A stretch of DNA of 64,000 bases from Chloroflexota bacterium (GCA_016190695.1 JACPQC010000015.1:13435-77434); one strand, 5' to 3'; positions 27,599 to 37,251 are shown, counted from the stretch's first letter. Numbers and translations: made by a program. Notes: generated by a model not told the origin, from the letters alone.

Positions 27599-29041
27599 AT
27601 GACAGATTATTCGAGGGGCAAACTCCCCCGGGGGTACCGGCGCAAAGCAGCTGACCGGTTTTACCGCGTCCAGAGGCAAAAACCGTGGCGGGTGCTCCTC
27701 CCTCCCGCCGTCAGGAAGACCGGCCCCCGGGCGTCACTGGCCACGCTGGCCTATGGGTTCGCCGGAATGATTGTCCTGGGCACGTTGCTGCTCACGCTTC
27801 CAATTTCCAGCAGGTCCGGCCAGCCGACGGCTCTTGTCGACGCCTTTTTCACGGCGACATCGGCCGTCTGCGTGACCGGCCTTGTTGTCGTCGATACCCT
27901 GGACCACTGGAACTTCTTCGGGCAGTTGGTCATCCTGGCGCTTATCCAGCTTGGCGGCTTCGGCTATATGACCATGACCACCCTGGTCCTGATGACGCTT
28001 GGGCGGAGGATCGGGCTGCGGGAGAGGTTGCTTGTCGGAGAGTCTATCGGCTTGTTCCGGCTTGGCGGGATAGTAAGCCTGGTCCGGAACATGGCCTTCT
28101 TCGCCCTGTCTGCCGAGGCCATTGGCGCTGTCCTGTTCTATCTCCGCTTTTCAACAGAGTATCCCGGAGGGGCTGCCATCTGGAAGTCTATCTTTCATTC
28201 TGTCTCCGCGTTCAATAATGCCGGCTTTGACATCTTCGGCGGGTTCATCAGCCTGACCGGATATAGCAATGATTACCTGGTGTTGCTGGTCACCGCCGCC
28301 CTGGTAATCACCGGCGGCATAAGTTTCCTGGTGGTACAAGATGTTTTCAGCAAGAGGCGGCCAAGCCGGTTTTCTACCGATACCAGGATGATACTCTCGG
28401 TCACATTGGCCCTGCTTGCCCTGGGCACGGTGATGGTGCTGACCACTGAATATAACAACGGGGCGACCATCGGCGCCATGCCCGATGTTGACAGAGTAAT
28501 AAACGCCTTCTTCCAGTCAGTCACAGCCAGGACCGCCGGATTCAACGCCATCGATACCGCTATGCTGGCTGACCAGACGCTCTTCTTTGTCATGTTGCTG
28601 ATGTTTATCGGCGGCGCTTCCGGGTCAACCGCCGGGGGTATCAAGGTGAACACCTTGGGGCTGATAGTGGCTACCGTGTGGAGCACAATGAGGGGCAGGG
28701 AGCATCCGGGGGCCTACGGCAGGGAGTTCATGATCGCCCAGATACTGCGGGCGCTCTCGGTGCTGGTGTTATCCCTGGGCATAATGGCCTTTGTGGTCTT
28801 CACGCTCACCATCACCGAGGATGCCCGCTTCCTCGATATCCTCTTTGAAGCGGTTTCCGCCTTCGGCACCGTGGGTCTGACGACGGGGGTAACCCCTGCC
28901 CTGTCCGTCATCGGGCGGCTGGTGATAATCGCCGCCATGTTCGTGGGACGGCTTGGGCCGCTTACCCTGACGCTGGCCCTGGTCAAGGTGCAGCAGCCGA
29001 GCATATACCGCCGTCCCAAAGAGATAATCAGAATAGGTTAG
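27599..29041 (+). CDS. trkH: TrkH/KtrB-family potassium transporter membrane subunit
   Basis: Repeated M1-P-M2 units with SA.C.TG, NAGF, TARTAGF and GLTTG selectivity-loop signatures. Confidence 0.9.
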   Translation: MTDYSRGKLPRGYRRKAADRFYRVQRQKPWRVLLPPAVRKTGPRASLATLAYGFAGMIVLGTLLLTLPISSRSGQPTALVDAFFTATSAVCVTGLVVVDTLDHWNFFGQLVILALIQLGGFGYMTMTTLVLMTLGRRIGLRERLLVGESIGLFRLGGIVSLVRNMAFFALSAEAIGAVLFYLRFSTEYPGGAAIWKSIFHSVSAFNNAGFDIFGGFISLTGYSNDYLVLLVTAALVITGGISFLVVQDVFSKRRPSRFSTDTRMILSVTLALLALGTVMVLTTEYNNGATIGAMPDVDRVINAFFQSVTARTAGFNAIDTAMLADQTLFFVMLLMFIGGASGSTAGGIKVNTLGLIVATVWSTMRGREHPGAYGREFMIAQILRALSVLVLSLGIMAFVVFTLTITEDARFLDILFEAVSAFGTVGLTTGVTPALSVIGRLVIIAAMFVGRLGPLTLTLALVKVQQPSIYRRPKEIIRIG

Positions 29042-29051
29042 GAGACTGGAG

Positions 29052-29729
29052 ATGAAAAAGCAAGTCGCTGTGATTGGACTGGGCCGCTTCGGCGCCAGCC
29101 TGGCTGCCACTTTGACCAACATGGGGCATGATGTGCTGGCGGTGGATTCCAGCGAACACGATGTCCAGGCAATCGCCACGCAGGTCACCCATGCCATCCA
29201 GGCGGATGCCACCGATGAAACAGTGCTGAGCGAGCTAGGCATCAAGAACTTCGACATAGCCGTAGTCGCAATCGGCTCGGATATGCTGAGCAGCATACTG
29301 GCGACGGTGCTGCTGAAAAGGCTGAACGTCCCCTTTGTCATAGCCAGGGCGAGCAATGAGTCCCACAAAGAAATCCTGCGGAAGATCGGGGCTGACAGGG
29401 TGGTGTCTCCCGAAAACGAAATGGGGGAGAGGATGGCCCACGAAATCCGCCTGGGCAAGGTGCTGGACTATATGCCGGTAGGAGCAGGGTACGGCATTAC
29501 CAGCATCGAGGCGCAGGCGGAGTTTGCCGGGCAGGCGCTGGTTGAACTCGGATTGGGGCCGAAGGGGAAGAATGCTATTGCGGTGTTGCTTGTCAAGCGC
29601 GGAAATGAAGTCATCGTCTCGCCGAGCATGGGCGAGGTTGTCAGGCCTGGCGATACCCTGATCGTTGCCGGCAGTGACGATAACCTGGAATCGTTTTTGT
29701 CCAGGGTATTGAAAAAATCGGAGAAGTAG
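29052..29729 (+). CDS. trkA: TrkA/KtrA potassium-uptake regulatory subunit (RCK N+C)
   Basis: VIGLGRFG Rossmann motif plus a TrkA-C domain. Confidence 0.9.
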   Translation: MKKQVAVIGLGRFGASLAATLTNMGHDVLAVDSSEHDVQAIATQVTHAIQADATDETVLSELGIKNFDIAVVAIGSDMLSSILATVLLKRLNVPFVIARASNESHKEILRKIGADRVVSPENEMGERMAHEIRLGKVLDYMPVGAGYGITSIEAQAEFAGQALVELGLGPKGKNAIAVLLVKRGNEVIVSPSMGEVVRPGDTLIVAGSDDNLESFLSRVLKKSEK

Positions 29730-29934
29730 CGGAAGCCGGCCCGTTTTTCTTTGATAGTTCTGGCAAAGCAACCGTCAAAAAGTGAGCATTTGGCCGCTTT
29801 GGAGACGAAATTAAGGAAAGAGAGACAAAAGAGCAAGTTGTCTTGATTGGCTGGGCCGGAGCATGCCAGGCAAGGCCGGGAGCGGGTTGAACCGGCGACT
29901 GTTTGCCCTTAAACTGATGAACGGAGGTGCAGAG

Positions 29935-30513
29935 ATGAAAAGATTTCGCCTGATTATTGCGGTGACGCTGTCCCTGGCGCTGCTGTTCGGTCCTTCCAGC
30001 GCCAGCCTGGCCGCGGGCAAGCCGGTAGCCTTTGAATCAACCGGGGCGGTCCTGGGTATCAACCCGGGCACGGTCAGCCCGGCGGGAAACAGCGGCCGGT
30101 GGAACGTCGCTGACCGCTGGGTGCTGGGCTACATCGTCCCGGTCACGGGCAACATCGGCGGGATGGCGTCCATGACCTATGATGCCAACGTCAACTCCGC
30201 CCAGGTGGGCACCTTCCGGGGTACGCTGCTCATCTTCCAGGACATTGATGGAGACCTCCAGCCGGACGACGTCACCGGCGACGGCGTGCCAGATACCATC
30301 TCCGCCCTGGTCGAGGGCAGGACCGGGTCATCATCCCCCATCCAGTACTCCGTGGCTGGCAGCCTCACCATCATGGGCGGCACAGGCGCCTATGCCGGCA
30401 TCCAGGGGACGGGCCGTCTCTCCGGCGACTATGCGCTGGTGCTGGATGCAGGCGGGCACGTGGTCGGGGTAGAAGGGACCTTGACCATCAGCGGCAAAGC
30501 GCAGTACCGGTAG
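29935..30513 (+). CDS. secreted hypothetical protein
   Basis: GGAGGTGCAGAG before the ATG. Signal peptide MKRFRLIIAVTLSLALLFGPSSASLAAG. No recognisable domain. Confidence 0.6.
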   Translation: MKRFRLIIAVTLSLALLFGPSSASLAAGKPVAFESTGAVLGINPGTVSPAGNSGRWNVADRWVLGYIVPVTGNIGGMASMTYDANVNSAQVGTFRGTLLIFQDIDGDLQPDDVTGDGVPDTISALVEGRTGSSSPIQYSVAGSLTIMGGTGAYAGIQGTGRLSGDYALVLDAGGHVVGVEGTLTISGKAQYR

Positions 30514-30578
30514 ACATCCTTTCAGTCTTCCTCAAGCCCGGGACGTTTCCCATGGTGACTCGAGAAGAGCCATGAGGG

Positions 30579-30599
30579 GGCGTTCCGGCACGCCTTTTT
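30579..30599 (+). terminator. short hairpin + T-run after the secreted protein gene
   Basis: ggcgt/acgcc stem with a 6-nt loop, then ttttt. Confidence 0.35.
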
Positions 30600-30738
30600 C
30601 GATGCTCAACACTCCCCTGAACAACTACGTATATCACCCGCCCCGCAATAAGTGAAGATACTTATTCCAGCGAGAGGTTGGACGGACTATAGTGATAGTG
30701 TGTGCCGGGGACGAAGTATGTTTGGGGCGAGGTGAATT

Positions 30739-30906
30739 ATGCCATTCAGGTTAGGGCCGTGGGAGATCGCTATAGTTCTGGTGATCATCCTCATCGTTTT
30801 TGGGGTGGGTAAACTGCCCCAGATCGGTGGGGCGGTGGGGAAGTCGATCCGGCAGTTCCGCCAGGAGCAGCGCGGCGAGGACGAAGAGGTGGAGAAAGCC
30901 GGGTGA
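30739..30906 (+). CDS. tatA: twin-arginine translocase TatA/E (55 aa; below the ORF-track cutoff)
   Basis: MPFRLGPWEIAIVLVIILIVFGVGKLPQIGGAVGKSIRQFRQ is a canonical TatA TM helix plus amphipathic helix. Confidence 0.85.
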   Translation: MPFRLGPWEIAIVLVIILIVFGVGKLPQIGGAVGKSIRQFRQEQRGEDEEVEKAG

Positions 30907-30978
30907 TCTTACCTCCGGTGTGAGATTATCGACGGAATGCCGGGAAGACCCTGATCTTGAGCAGGTTGAGGTGTCAGC

Positions 30979-31548
30979 ATGCGCAGCAAGACAATGAGGG
31001 CAATTCTGGGGACAGGTCTCACCCTCGCGCTACTGGCGGCGCTCTCAGCCTGCCAGCCGGCGGCAACTCCCGGCCCGGAACCGCAGCCGCCACCCCCGGC
31101 CACTCCCGCGCCCGGTGAAACAGGGTCTGGAGCCGGGTCTGAAGGCGGCGGCACAGCCGAGCCCCCGGCAGACGCCAGCCCGGCAAGTCCCGGGGGAGGC
31201 TCGGGAAACGAGGCGGGAAGCAGCCAGCCCGCCCCGGCGGCATCAGGCATCAGGCTGGTCGAGACCGGAAGGACAGTCTTTACCAACCGCTGTGCCCGGT
31301 GTCACGGGGCGCGGGGGCAGGGACTTATCGGCCCGCAGCTCATCGGCGCCAACTCTGCGCTGGCCAGATATGATACCGCCCAGGAGCTTTTCGGCTTTCT
31401 GAGCACCGCCATGCCCATGGACGCCCCAGGGTCGCTCAGCCATGACGAATATCTGCAGGTGCTCGGTTTCCTCCTCACCGAGAACAACTACACAGCTGCG
31501 GCGGAATACCAGACCGACGGTTTGCACACCATACCTCTGAAGAGATAG
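30979..31548 (+). CDS. lipoprotein c-type cytochrome (class I, single haem)
   Basis: Lipobox LAALSAC, long Pro/Ala/Gly/Glu-rich linker, CARCHG haem motif, distal AMPMD. Confidence 0.8.
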   Translation: MRSKTMRAILGTGLTLALLAALSACQPAATPGPEPQPPPPATPAPGETGSGAGSEGGGTAEPPADASPASPGGGSGNEAGSSQPAPAASGIRLVETGRTVFTNRCARCHGARGQGLIGPQLIGANSALARYDTAQELFGFLSTAMPMDAPGSLSHDEYLQVLGFLLTENNYTAAAEYQTDGLHTIPLKR

Positions 31549-31829
31549 TGCCAGGGGCGCAAGGGGCGAGTCCGTACAGAGGCGCCTGTTAGGACGCTGC
31601 GAAGTCTCATTGAAGCAAGGCTGTCCGAAATCAATGCCATAATCATATCATCCCGGCAGAGTATCCCCTACGTTTAGGCTCCTGCCGCCGCACCTCTCGG
31701 CGTCCTTGTGGTAAGCCAGTTCCCCCCTTCTTAATTTGGTCAGTTAGCGCCGGCAGTATTTACGTAATCCAGATGCAGTGGTAAAATTGAACAATATCTG
31801 GAGTGGCCAAATAGGAAAGAGGGAAATTT

Positions 31830-32705
31830 ATGTTCAATCATCCTTTGGCAGAAATTTTTGGATTTCCCGCCAGAAATATCTCCGCCGAAGCGATGAGATG
31901 TCGTAAACTGCGACTCTGTCCATTCAATAACAAAGTCCCAAACTGCACAAAAGACAAAGCTGAGAATCCTCTTGGCGTATGCAGTATATTTAGTGAGAGG
32001 GGTACGGCAATCACATGCCCCGTACGTTTTCGACAAAATTGGCTAATAGCAGAGGATGCCGCCAATTTCTTCTTTGCGGCGGGGACTCATTGGACATCAC
32101 TTACCGAAGTGAGACTGAATGATAAGGAAGGGATCTCAGCCGGAAATATTGATGTGGTACTGGTTGCTTACGATTCCGAAGGCAAAGTGACTGACTTTGG
32201 CGCATTGGAAATTCAGGCAGTATATATATCTGGTAATGTGAGAAAGCCCTTCGAGCACTATATGGATGACCCTGAAAAAAATACGGAAATGGAATGGCGC
32301 GGAAAGCCCAATTACCCGCGCCCTGATTACTTGTCGTCGAGCAGGAAACGATTAGCACCTCAGTTGATGTATAAAGGCAGCATTTTGCATTCATGGAAGA
32401 AGAAGATTGCGGTTGCATTGGATAAGGAGTTTTTTGCAACGCTTCCTGATTTAGAGGAAACAGATAGCAAGCAGGCAGACATCGTGTGGATGGTCTACGA
32501 TCTTAAACTTAACAAAACAGCGAAGAAATACTCGCTGAGAAAAGATAGAAAAGTCTATACCAAGTTTGATGCATCATTAAATCGAATTGCGTGGCCCAAT
32601 ATTGGTTCCGTTAGCAATTTCATTGATAAACTTCAAGAGAGACTAAACGAGAAACTGGAGAATGGCCATAAGTTGCAAACCAGAACAATAGAGATGAGAG
32701 AATAG
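31830..32705 (+). CDS. NotI-family type II restriction endonuclease
   Basis: N-terminal LAEIFGF......CPF....C.K......GVCS....ITCP.RF is a Cys4 metal-site pattern like NotI. GALEIQAVY is equivalent to the NotI VLEIQTMD catalytic E-x-Q. AT-rich: 24 G+C in the 60-nt line at 32401. Confidence 0.75.
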   Translation: MFNHPLAEIFGFPARNISAEAMRCRKLRLCPFNNKVPNCTKDKAENPLGVCSIFSERGTAITCPVRFRQNWLIAEDAANFFFAAGTHWTSLTEVRLNDKEGISAGNIDVVLVAYDSEGKVTDFGALEIQAVYISGNVRKPFEHYMDDPEKNTEMEWRGKPNYPRPDYLSSSRKRLAPQLMYKGSILHSWKKKIAVALDKEFFATLPDLEETDSKQADIVWMVYDLKLNKTAKKYSLRKDRKVYTKFDASLNRIAWPNIGSVSNFIDKLQERLNEKLENGHKLQTRTIEMRE

Positions 32706-33584
32706 ATGCATCAACTCAGGCTGATAGAAAGCTATGATTCGGCGGTAGTGGTAAACGTGGCTTCTGTACCCCAGAGAAGCCCATTTCGCTATCCTGGCGG
32801 CAAAACATGGTTGATACCTCAAGTCAGGCGTTGGCTTACAAGTCAAAAACCAAAGCCCAACTTGTTGATTGAGCCATTTGCTGGAGGGGGAATTGTGGGC
32901 TTGACAGCTGCTTTCGAAGAACTAACGGATCGAGTATTACTCGTAGAACTGGACGAGCAGGTTGCCAGTGTTTGGGGTACTATCCTGGGTGACGAAGCTG
33001 AATGGCTTGCTAATAGGATTTTGACCTTCAAAATGTCACATGATGCTTTGGAGCATGAGCTTGGTAGGAGCAGCGGGGAGGTGCGAGAGATAGCATTTAG
33101 AACTCTGCTGCGCAACAGGACTAATCATGGTGGAATAATGGCGCCCGGGGCTGGGCTTATCAAAAACGGAGAGAGTGGCAAGGGAATAAGTTCCCGTTGG
33201 TATCCTGGAACGCTGGCTAAACGAATACGCGATATCAAGAGAATTAGCGCAAGGATTGAATTTATTAAGGGCAATGGTCTGGACGTGATTCGCGAACATA
33301 TGTGGGACCCTGGCACAACATTTTTCATTGATCCACCATACACTGCTGCTGGCAAGAAGGCGGGGAAGCGTTTGTATGCCTACAATGAAATTGATCACGA
33401 GAGGCTATTTAGTCTGGCGGAGTCGATTCAGGGCAAATTTTTGATGACCTATGACAATGCGGACGGAGTTCGTGATCTGGCCTTAAGACATGGTTTTCAG
33501 GTGGAGACAATAGCAATGAGTAATACGCATCATGCCAAGATGGAGGAATTACTAATAAGCAAAGACTTGGCATGGGTACGGTAA
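32706..33584 (+). CDS. D12-class (Dam-like) DNA methyltransferase, cognate to the NotI-family enzyme
   Basis: FRYPGGKTWL, IEPFAGGGIVGL, FFIDPPY. The ATG abuts the endonuclease stop. Confidence 0.85.
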   Translation: MHQLRLIESYDSAVVVNVASVPQRSPFRYPGGKTWLIPQVRRWLTSQKPKPNLLIEPFAGGGIVGLTAAFEELTDRVLLVELDEQVASVWGTILGDEAEWLANRILTFKMSHDALEHELGRSSGEVREIAFRTLLRNRTNHGGIMAPGAGLIKNGESGKGISSRWYPGTLAKRIRDIKRISARIEFIKGNGLDVIREHMWDPGTTFFIDPPYTAAGKKAGKRLYAYNEIDHERLFSLAESIQGKFLMTYDNADGVRDLALRHGFQVETIAMSNTHHAKMEELLISKDLAWVR

Positions 33585-33665
33585 GCACAGCTAACCACTG
33601 AAACAAAGAGCTAAGCTGTTTGTATCCCAGGCTTCCTCTATCCGCCTTCCGGTTGATAACGCGCC

Positions 33666-35057
33666 CTAAGGCAACGCCAGCGGTACTCCCATGCCGGCAA
33701 GCTCCTTCTTGACCTTCAGGTAGATGCCCGCCCATTCTTCGCTTGGCCGCAGCGTGGCCAGGTCATAGCACTCATCAAAGCCTTTGCCGGTGTGGGGTTT
33801 ATACAGGTCGGCCTCGTATTTGGGTATGAGCGCATTCAGCAGGTCGTTGGCCTGGCGGCGGGTCAGGCCGGCGGCGCCTTTCAATACCTCGGCGCAAAAC
33901 TTGCACTCCAGCGGGCTGATGTGGTTGGCGTACTTCGTGCCCGAGGTCCTCGGCCCCAGGTAGCAGCTTGTGCCTGACGCCGAAAGATTTATCATGGACA
34001 CGGCGCACTCGTAGAGCAGCATCTCGGTGCAGGGACCGCCCAGTTGACCGGCCACTTCTATCCCCAGGAAGTGGGTGTTCCGGGTGAGGGCCTGGGTGGC
34101 CACGCTCTGCGCCCACTGCGCCTCCCGCCCGCCGTTGCCCAGGTAACGGGCGTCACAGATAAAGGCGTTCCAGAAATCGGTCTGGTGCAGGGCGAACTGG
34201 AGGTGAACGTCGGCGATATAGGATATGGCCGCCCCTTCCGGCCCGCCGACGAAGCCGCCGATGGTGCAGGGGAAGCCGCAGGCGGTCCTGGCGCCGCAGT
34301 TGCTGGCGTGAATGACTTTGTGGAGGACGTGAAAGCTGGTGGTGAGCTCCCCCGGAGACAGGATGACGGCGTAGTGGAGCTCGGGGTCGAAGCTGCCGGA
34401 GAGTCCGAAGCTGCCCAGTTGACCGAAGACGGTGGGGCTGGAGACGACGCCCTGCACCGGCATGCCGGGGCGTCCCGCCCGCCACAGCGCCTCCGAGGTA
34501 AGCCGCGCCTGGAAGCGGCCCACCGCCGTCTCGTAAGGGCTGCCCGCCAGCACCTGCCGCCCGAACATGGTGATGGGGGTGGCGTTGCGCAGGATGTCTA
34601 TCTCGCGGTGCTGGGCCACGCCCTGGTGCAAGGCTACGTACAGGTCCTCCCGGACCATCTGGCCCATCGGCGAGGCGCTCAACGGGCGGAGCGGGTCTTC
34701 CGGCCTGCGGTGTCTCATCACCACCCGGTCCCGTCCCTTGCCCAACTGGGCCTCGGCGGGGGCGTCCTTGACGGCGTCGGCCAGGTCTTCTTCGGTTATC
34801 TTTATGACCCTCTCCGTGTCCTGGCAAAGCTCGCCCATCTCCAGGGCCAGCTCCAGACCGGCCTGGTAAAAGCGGTCGGCCAGCTCATCGTCCCAGTTGA
34901 CCGGATTGTCCCGGCCGCAGGTCTTCTCCAGGCCGTACTTCTTCGCCTTCTGGGCGATCACCCTGGAAAGCTCGAAGCCCCATTCCTTGACCGTGGCCGG
35001 GCGGCCGGTGTGCGCCCGGTCCAGGATATCAAGCACATGTTCTATGGATGCGGTCAC
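33666..35057 (-). CDS. MtmB-family (monomethylamine methyltransferase-like) corrinoid methyltransferase lacking pyrrolysine (Gln202)
   Basis: Collinear with Methanosarcina MtmB as I recall it: YDRA..G, KYGL, F.AG.E.....G..C.DT.R..K.TE.., LG.GRD, AGRPGM.V-x-G, GPCTEM, GK.F.ECYD..T..P.EE. Continuous ORF with CAG at 34452-34454 where MtmB has UAG. GTG start with GGGAGG. Confidence 0.8.
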   Translation of the reverse strand: MTASIEHVLDILDRAHTGRPATVKEWGFELSRVIAQKAKKYGLEKTCGRDNPVNWDDELADRFYQAGLELALEMGELCQDTERVIKITEEDLADAVKDAPAEAQLGKGRDRVVMRHRRPEDPLRPLSASPMGQMVREDLYVALHQGVAQHREIDILRNATPITMFGRQVLAGSPYETAVGRFQARLTSEALWRAGRPGMPVQGVVSSPTVFGQLGSFGLSGSFDPELHYAVILSPGELTTSFHVLHKVIHASNCGARTACGFPCTIGGFVGGPEGAAISYIADVHLQFALHQTDFWNAFICDARYLGNGGREAQWAQSVATQALTRNTHFLGIEVAGQLGGPCTEMLLYECAVSMINLSASGTSCYLGPRTSGTKYANHISPLECKFCAEVLKGAAGLTRRQANDLLNALIPKYEADLYKPHTGKGFDECYDLATLRPSEEWAGIYLKVKKELAGMGVPLALP

Positions 35058-35077
35058 CTGTCATACCTCCCTTGTGC

Positions 35078-35782
35078 TTACTGCTCGACGACCAGGGGCT
35101 GGGGCAGCGGAGGGGCTGTCCCGCCGCCCACCAGTTTCTTCATAAGCCGACCGGCGCCGATGGCCGTCCTGGCATAGCCGTCAGCCCCTATGTCCGCCGC
35201 CCACTCCGGTGATACCGGGGCGCCGCCCACGACCACGTAGTACTTCTCCCTCAGTCCCCGGTCTTTGAGGTAGTCTATGACCTGCTTCTGGTAGTTGGCC
35301 GAATAGGTGAGCAGAGCGGACATGGCGATCACCCTGGCCTTGACCTCTTCCGCCTTTTCGATGAAACGCTTGACCGGCACATCGGTGCCGATATCGCAGA
35401 CGTCGAAGCCGGTCACGGAGAGCATGCTGGCCACCAGGTTCTTGCCGATGTCGTGGATATCTCCGGAGACGGTGCCGATGACCACCGTTCCTGATGAAAT
35501 TGACTGCATCTGCTCCGGCTTGACGTGAGGCAGGAACACACCCAGGCAGGCCTTCATGGCGTCCCCGCCCCGGATGAGGTCGGGCAGGAAGGCCTCCAGC
35601 CGCTGGTACCGTTCCCCGATGATGTCCAGGCCTTTCACCGCTCCCTGGGTGATAGCCTCCAGAGGGTCAATGCCGGCGGCGAGCACCGCCCGGGCTGTCT
35701 CCTTTACCGTCTCTTCATCGCCATCGGCAATGGCCGTGGCCAAACGCCCGATCAGCTCTGCTTTGCTCACTTCTGTCTCCAA
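35078..35782 (-). CDS. cobalamin-binding corrinoid protein (MtmC/MtbC-like)
   Basis: B12-binding_2 cap helix bundle plus a Rossmann domain with DIHDIGKN (DxHxxG), SALLT and GGA motifs. Confidence 0.9.
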   Translation of the reverse strand: METEVSKAELIGRLATAIADGDEETVKETARAVLAAGIDPLEAITQGAVKGLDIIGERYQRLEAFLPDLIRGGDAMKACLGVFLPHVKPEQMQSISSGTVVIGTVSGDIHDIGKNLVASMLSVTGFDVCDIGTDVPVKRFIEKAEEVKARVIAMSALLTYSANYQKQVIDYLKDRGLREKYYVVVGGAPVSPEWAADIGADGYARTAIGAGRLMKKLVGGGTAPPLPQPLVVEQ

Positions 35783-35929
35783 TCCTCAATTGATTTTATG
35801 ACCGGCGGCAGCCCCCGCCTGACCGGTGACATCCTGAAGACGGCCGCAGCAGGCCGGACTGAGACAATATATCGCCAATCAGGTTTGAATGTCAATGTTT
35901 CCATGCCATGGGGAGATTGAAGGGAAACC

Positions 35930-36065
35930 CAACGAAAGACCAAAATCCCTCTCCTGTCTCCCTTTGCCAAAGGGGGGGACGCATTATCCGACTCTTTCAC
36001 AATGAGAACGGACGACCTCCCCCTTTCGTAAAGGGGGATTGAGGGGGATTTCAGTAATCTCCCGC
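35930..36065. repeat. repeat family 1-related hairpin modules, copy d (module order differs)
   Basis: Contains aaaatccctctcctgtctccctttgccaaaggggg and cctccccctttcgtaaagggggattgagggggattt. Lies 5' of the corrinoid gene. Confidence 0.65.
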
Positions 36066-36136
36066 CGCTTAAAGTAAGGCGTGGTAGCCGGTTTTCCGGC
36101 ACCTCCGTGTTTCACCGGCTACCACGAGTCCACCGG

Positions 36137-36475
36137 CTACTTCCCGGTTGGTGTATAGGTGACGGTCAGGATTTTGGTTACCGTCTCTTTACCTGACTGT
36201 GCCTCCACATTAATGATGTTTTGGCCCTCGGCCAGCGTGACGCTGGTGCTGAACTGCAGCTTTTTGACGGGTACCACGGTGCCGTTGACCGTGACCGTGG
36301 CCGACTTGTTCACGGTGCCATTCACCACCACTGACTGTTCAGTGACCGTAGCCCCATCCCTGGGTGCGACCACTCCCAGCAGCAGCACCTGGGCGCTTTC
36401 ATAGCAAGCCGTCAGTGACGAAACCAGTACAAAGACTGCCAGTAAAATGCTGAATGCCTTTAACAGTTTATGCAC
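36137..36475 (-). CDS. small lipoprotein with Ig-like beta-sandwich character
   Basis: Signal/lipobox LVSSLTAC. Alternating beta pattern (VVVNGTVNKSATVTVNGTVV...NIINVEA). Confidence 0.6.
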   Translation of the reverse strand: MHKLLKAFSILLAVFVLVSSLTACYESAQVLLLGVVAPRDGATVTEQSVVVNGTVNKSATVTVNGTVVPVKKLQFSTSVTLAEGQNIINVEAQSGKETVTKILTVTYTPTGK

Positions 36476-36663
36476 GTAAATATCTCCTTTTTACTACTGA
36501 TTCAGGCTAACCCATCTCGATGGCGGTCATCTCATCACCCTTGAAAAAGGCGTCAGCATGAAAGCCGGCGTCTGAAAATGGTTGGGAAGAAGCACAGCAG
36601 TCCTTGCCGACAGTCATAACGGGGACGTGGCCGCACATTGTGGATGGCTGGCGGGGTTAATGC

Positions 36664-37122
36664 CTAGACCAGGAGGAACAGGCCGGGTGGCGAGTTCGAC
36701 TGGAGACTGGGGGAAAAAGCTGAGTGGAAAGTGAAGGAGGCCCGCTGGGGAATACGAGACAACCTGAGAGCCTCAGACATGGCTTTATGAAAGGGTGCGA
36801 TGATGGCGCGGGTTAGAGGGGACTTCTGCCTCTTGTTACCCGGAGCCCATGAAGAATATGGCTGGATGGCATAGTCCTGGACCAGGTCTGCCACCGGAGC
36901 GCCGCGGGCGCTTCCCAGTCGTGATGATACATAGGCTGGCGCCTGGTCGAGGTCGGCCGTGTACAATCCAACCCTGTCCAGGTCTTTGGGAGCGAGATGA
37001 CTGGCGGGGCTTTCGGGGGCTAAAGCTGCAACCTGAACGAGACTGCTTTGCTGCGGGCTGACTCCGAGCAGTGAAATAAGAACAGCCACACTAACCAGAG
37101 CTGAAACTGTCCTGGACGCCAT
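36664..37122 (-). CDS. hypothetical exported protein (tentative)
   Basis: ORF with an N-terminal hydrophobic segment. No motif recognised. Confidence 0.3.
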   Translation of the reverse strand: MASRTVSALVSVAVLISLLGVSPQQSSLVQVAALAPESPASHLAPKDLDRVGLYTADLDQAPAYVSSRLGSARGAPVADLVQDYAIQPYSSWAPGNKRQKSPLTRAIIAPFHKAMSEALRLSRIPQRASFTFHSAFSPSLQSNSPPGLFLLV

Positions 37123-37251
37123 CCGACTGTTCTCCAGCTACCGGGTCCGGTCAGGTACCCGACAGCTATAATTGTAGCAAGCCGGCACGGGGAAAGCAAT
37201 GAAAAATCGGGCTGACCGCGGGCGGCCTTACCCCGCACCATCTCACTGGCA

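Noticed and set aside
35783-35935. Possible cobalamin riboswitch upstream of the corrinoid-protein gene. The minus strand contains cagtccggcctgc, vaguely like the B12 box AGYCMGG.GACCKGCC.
   Set aside because: The B12 box lacks 3 nt. The other conserved elements (GGGAA...GGTG.AA.TCC, GCCACTG) are absent, and part of the region is a family-1 repeat.
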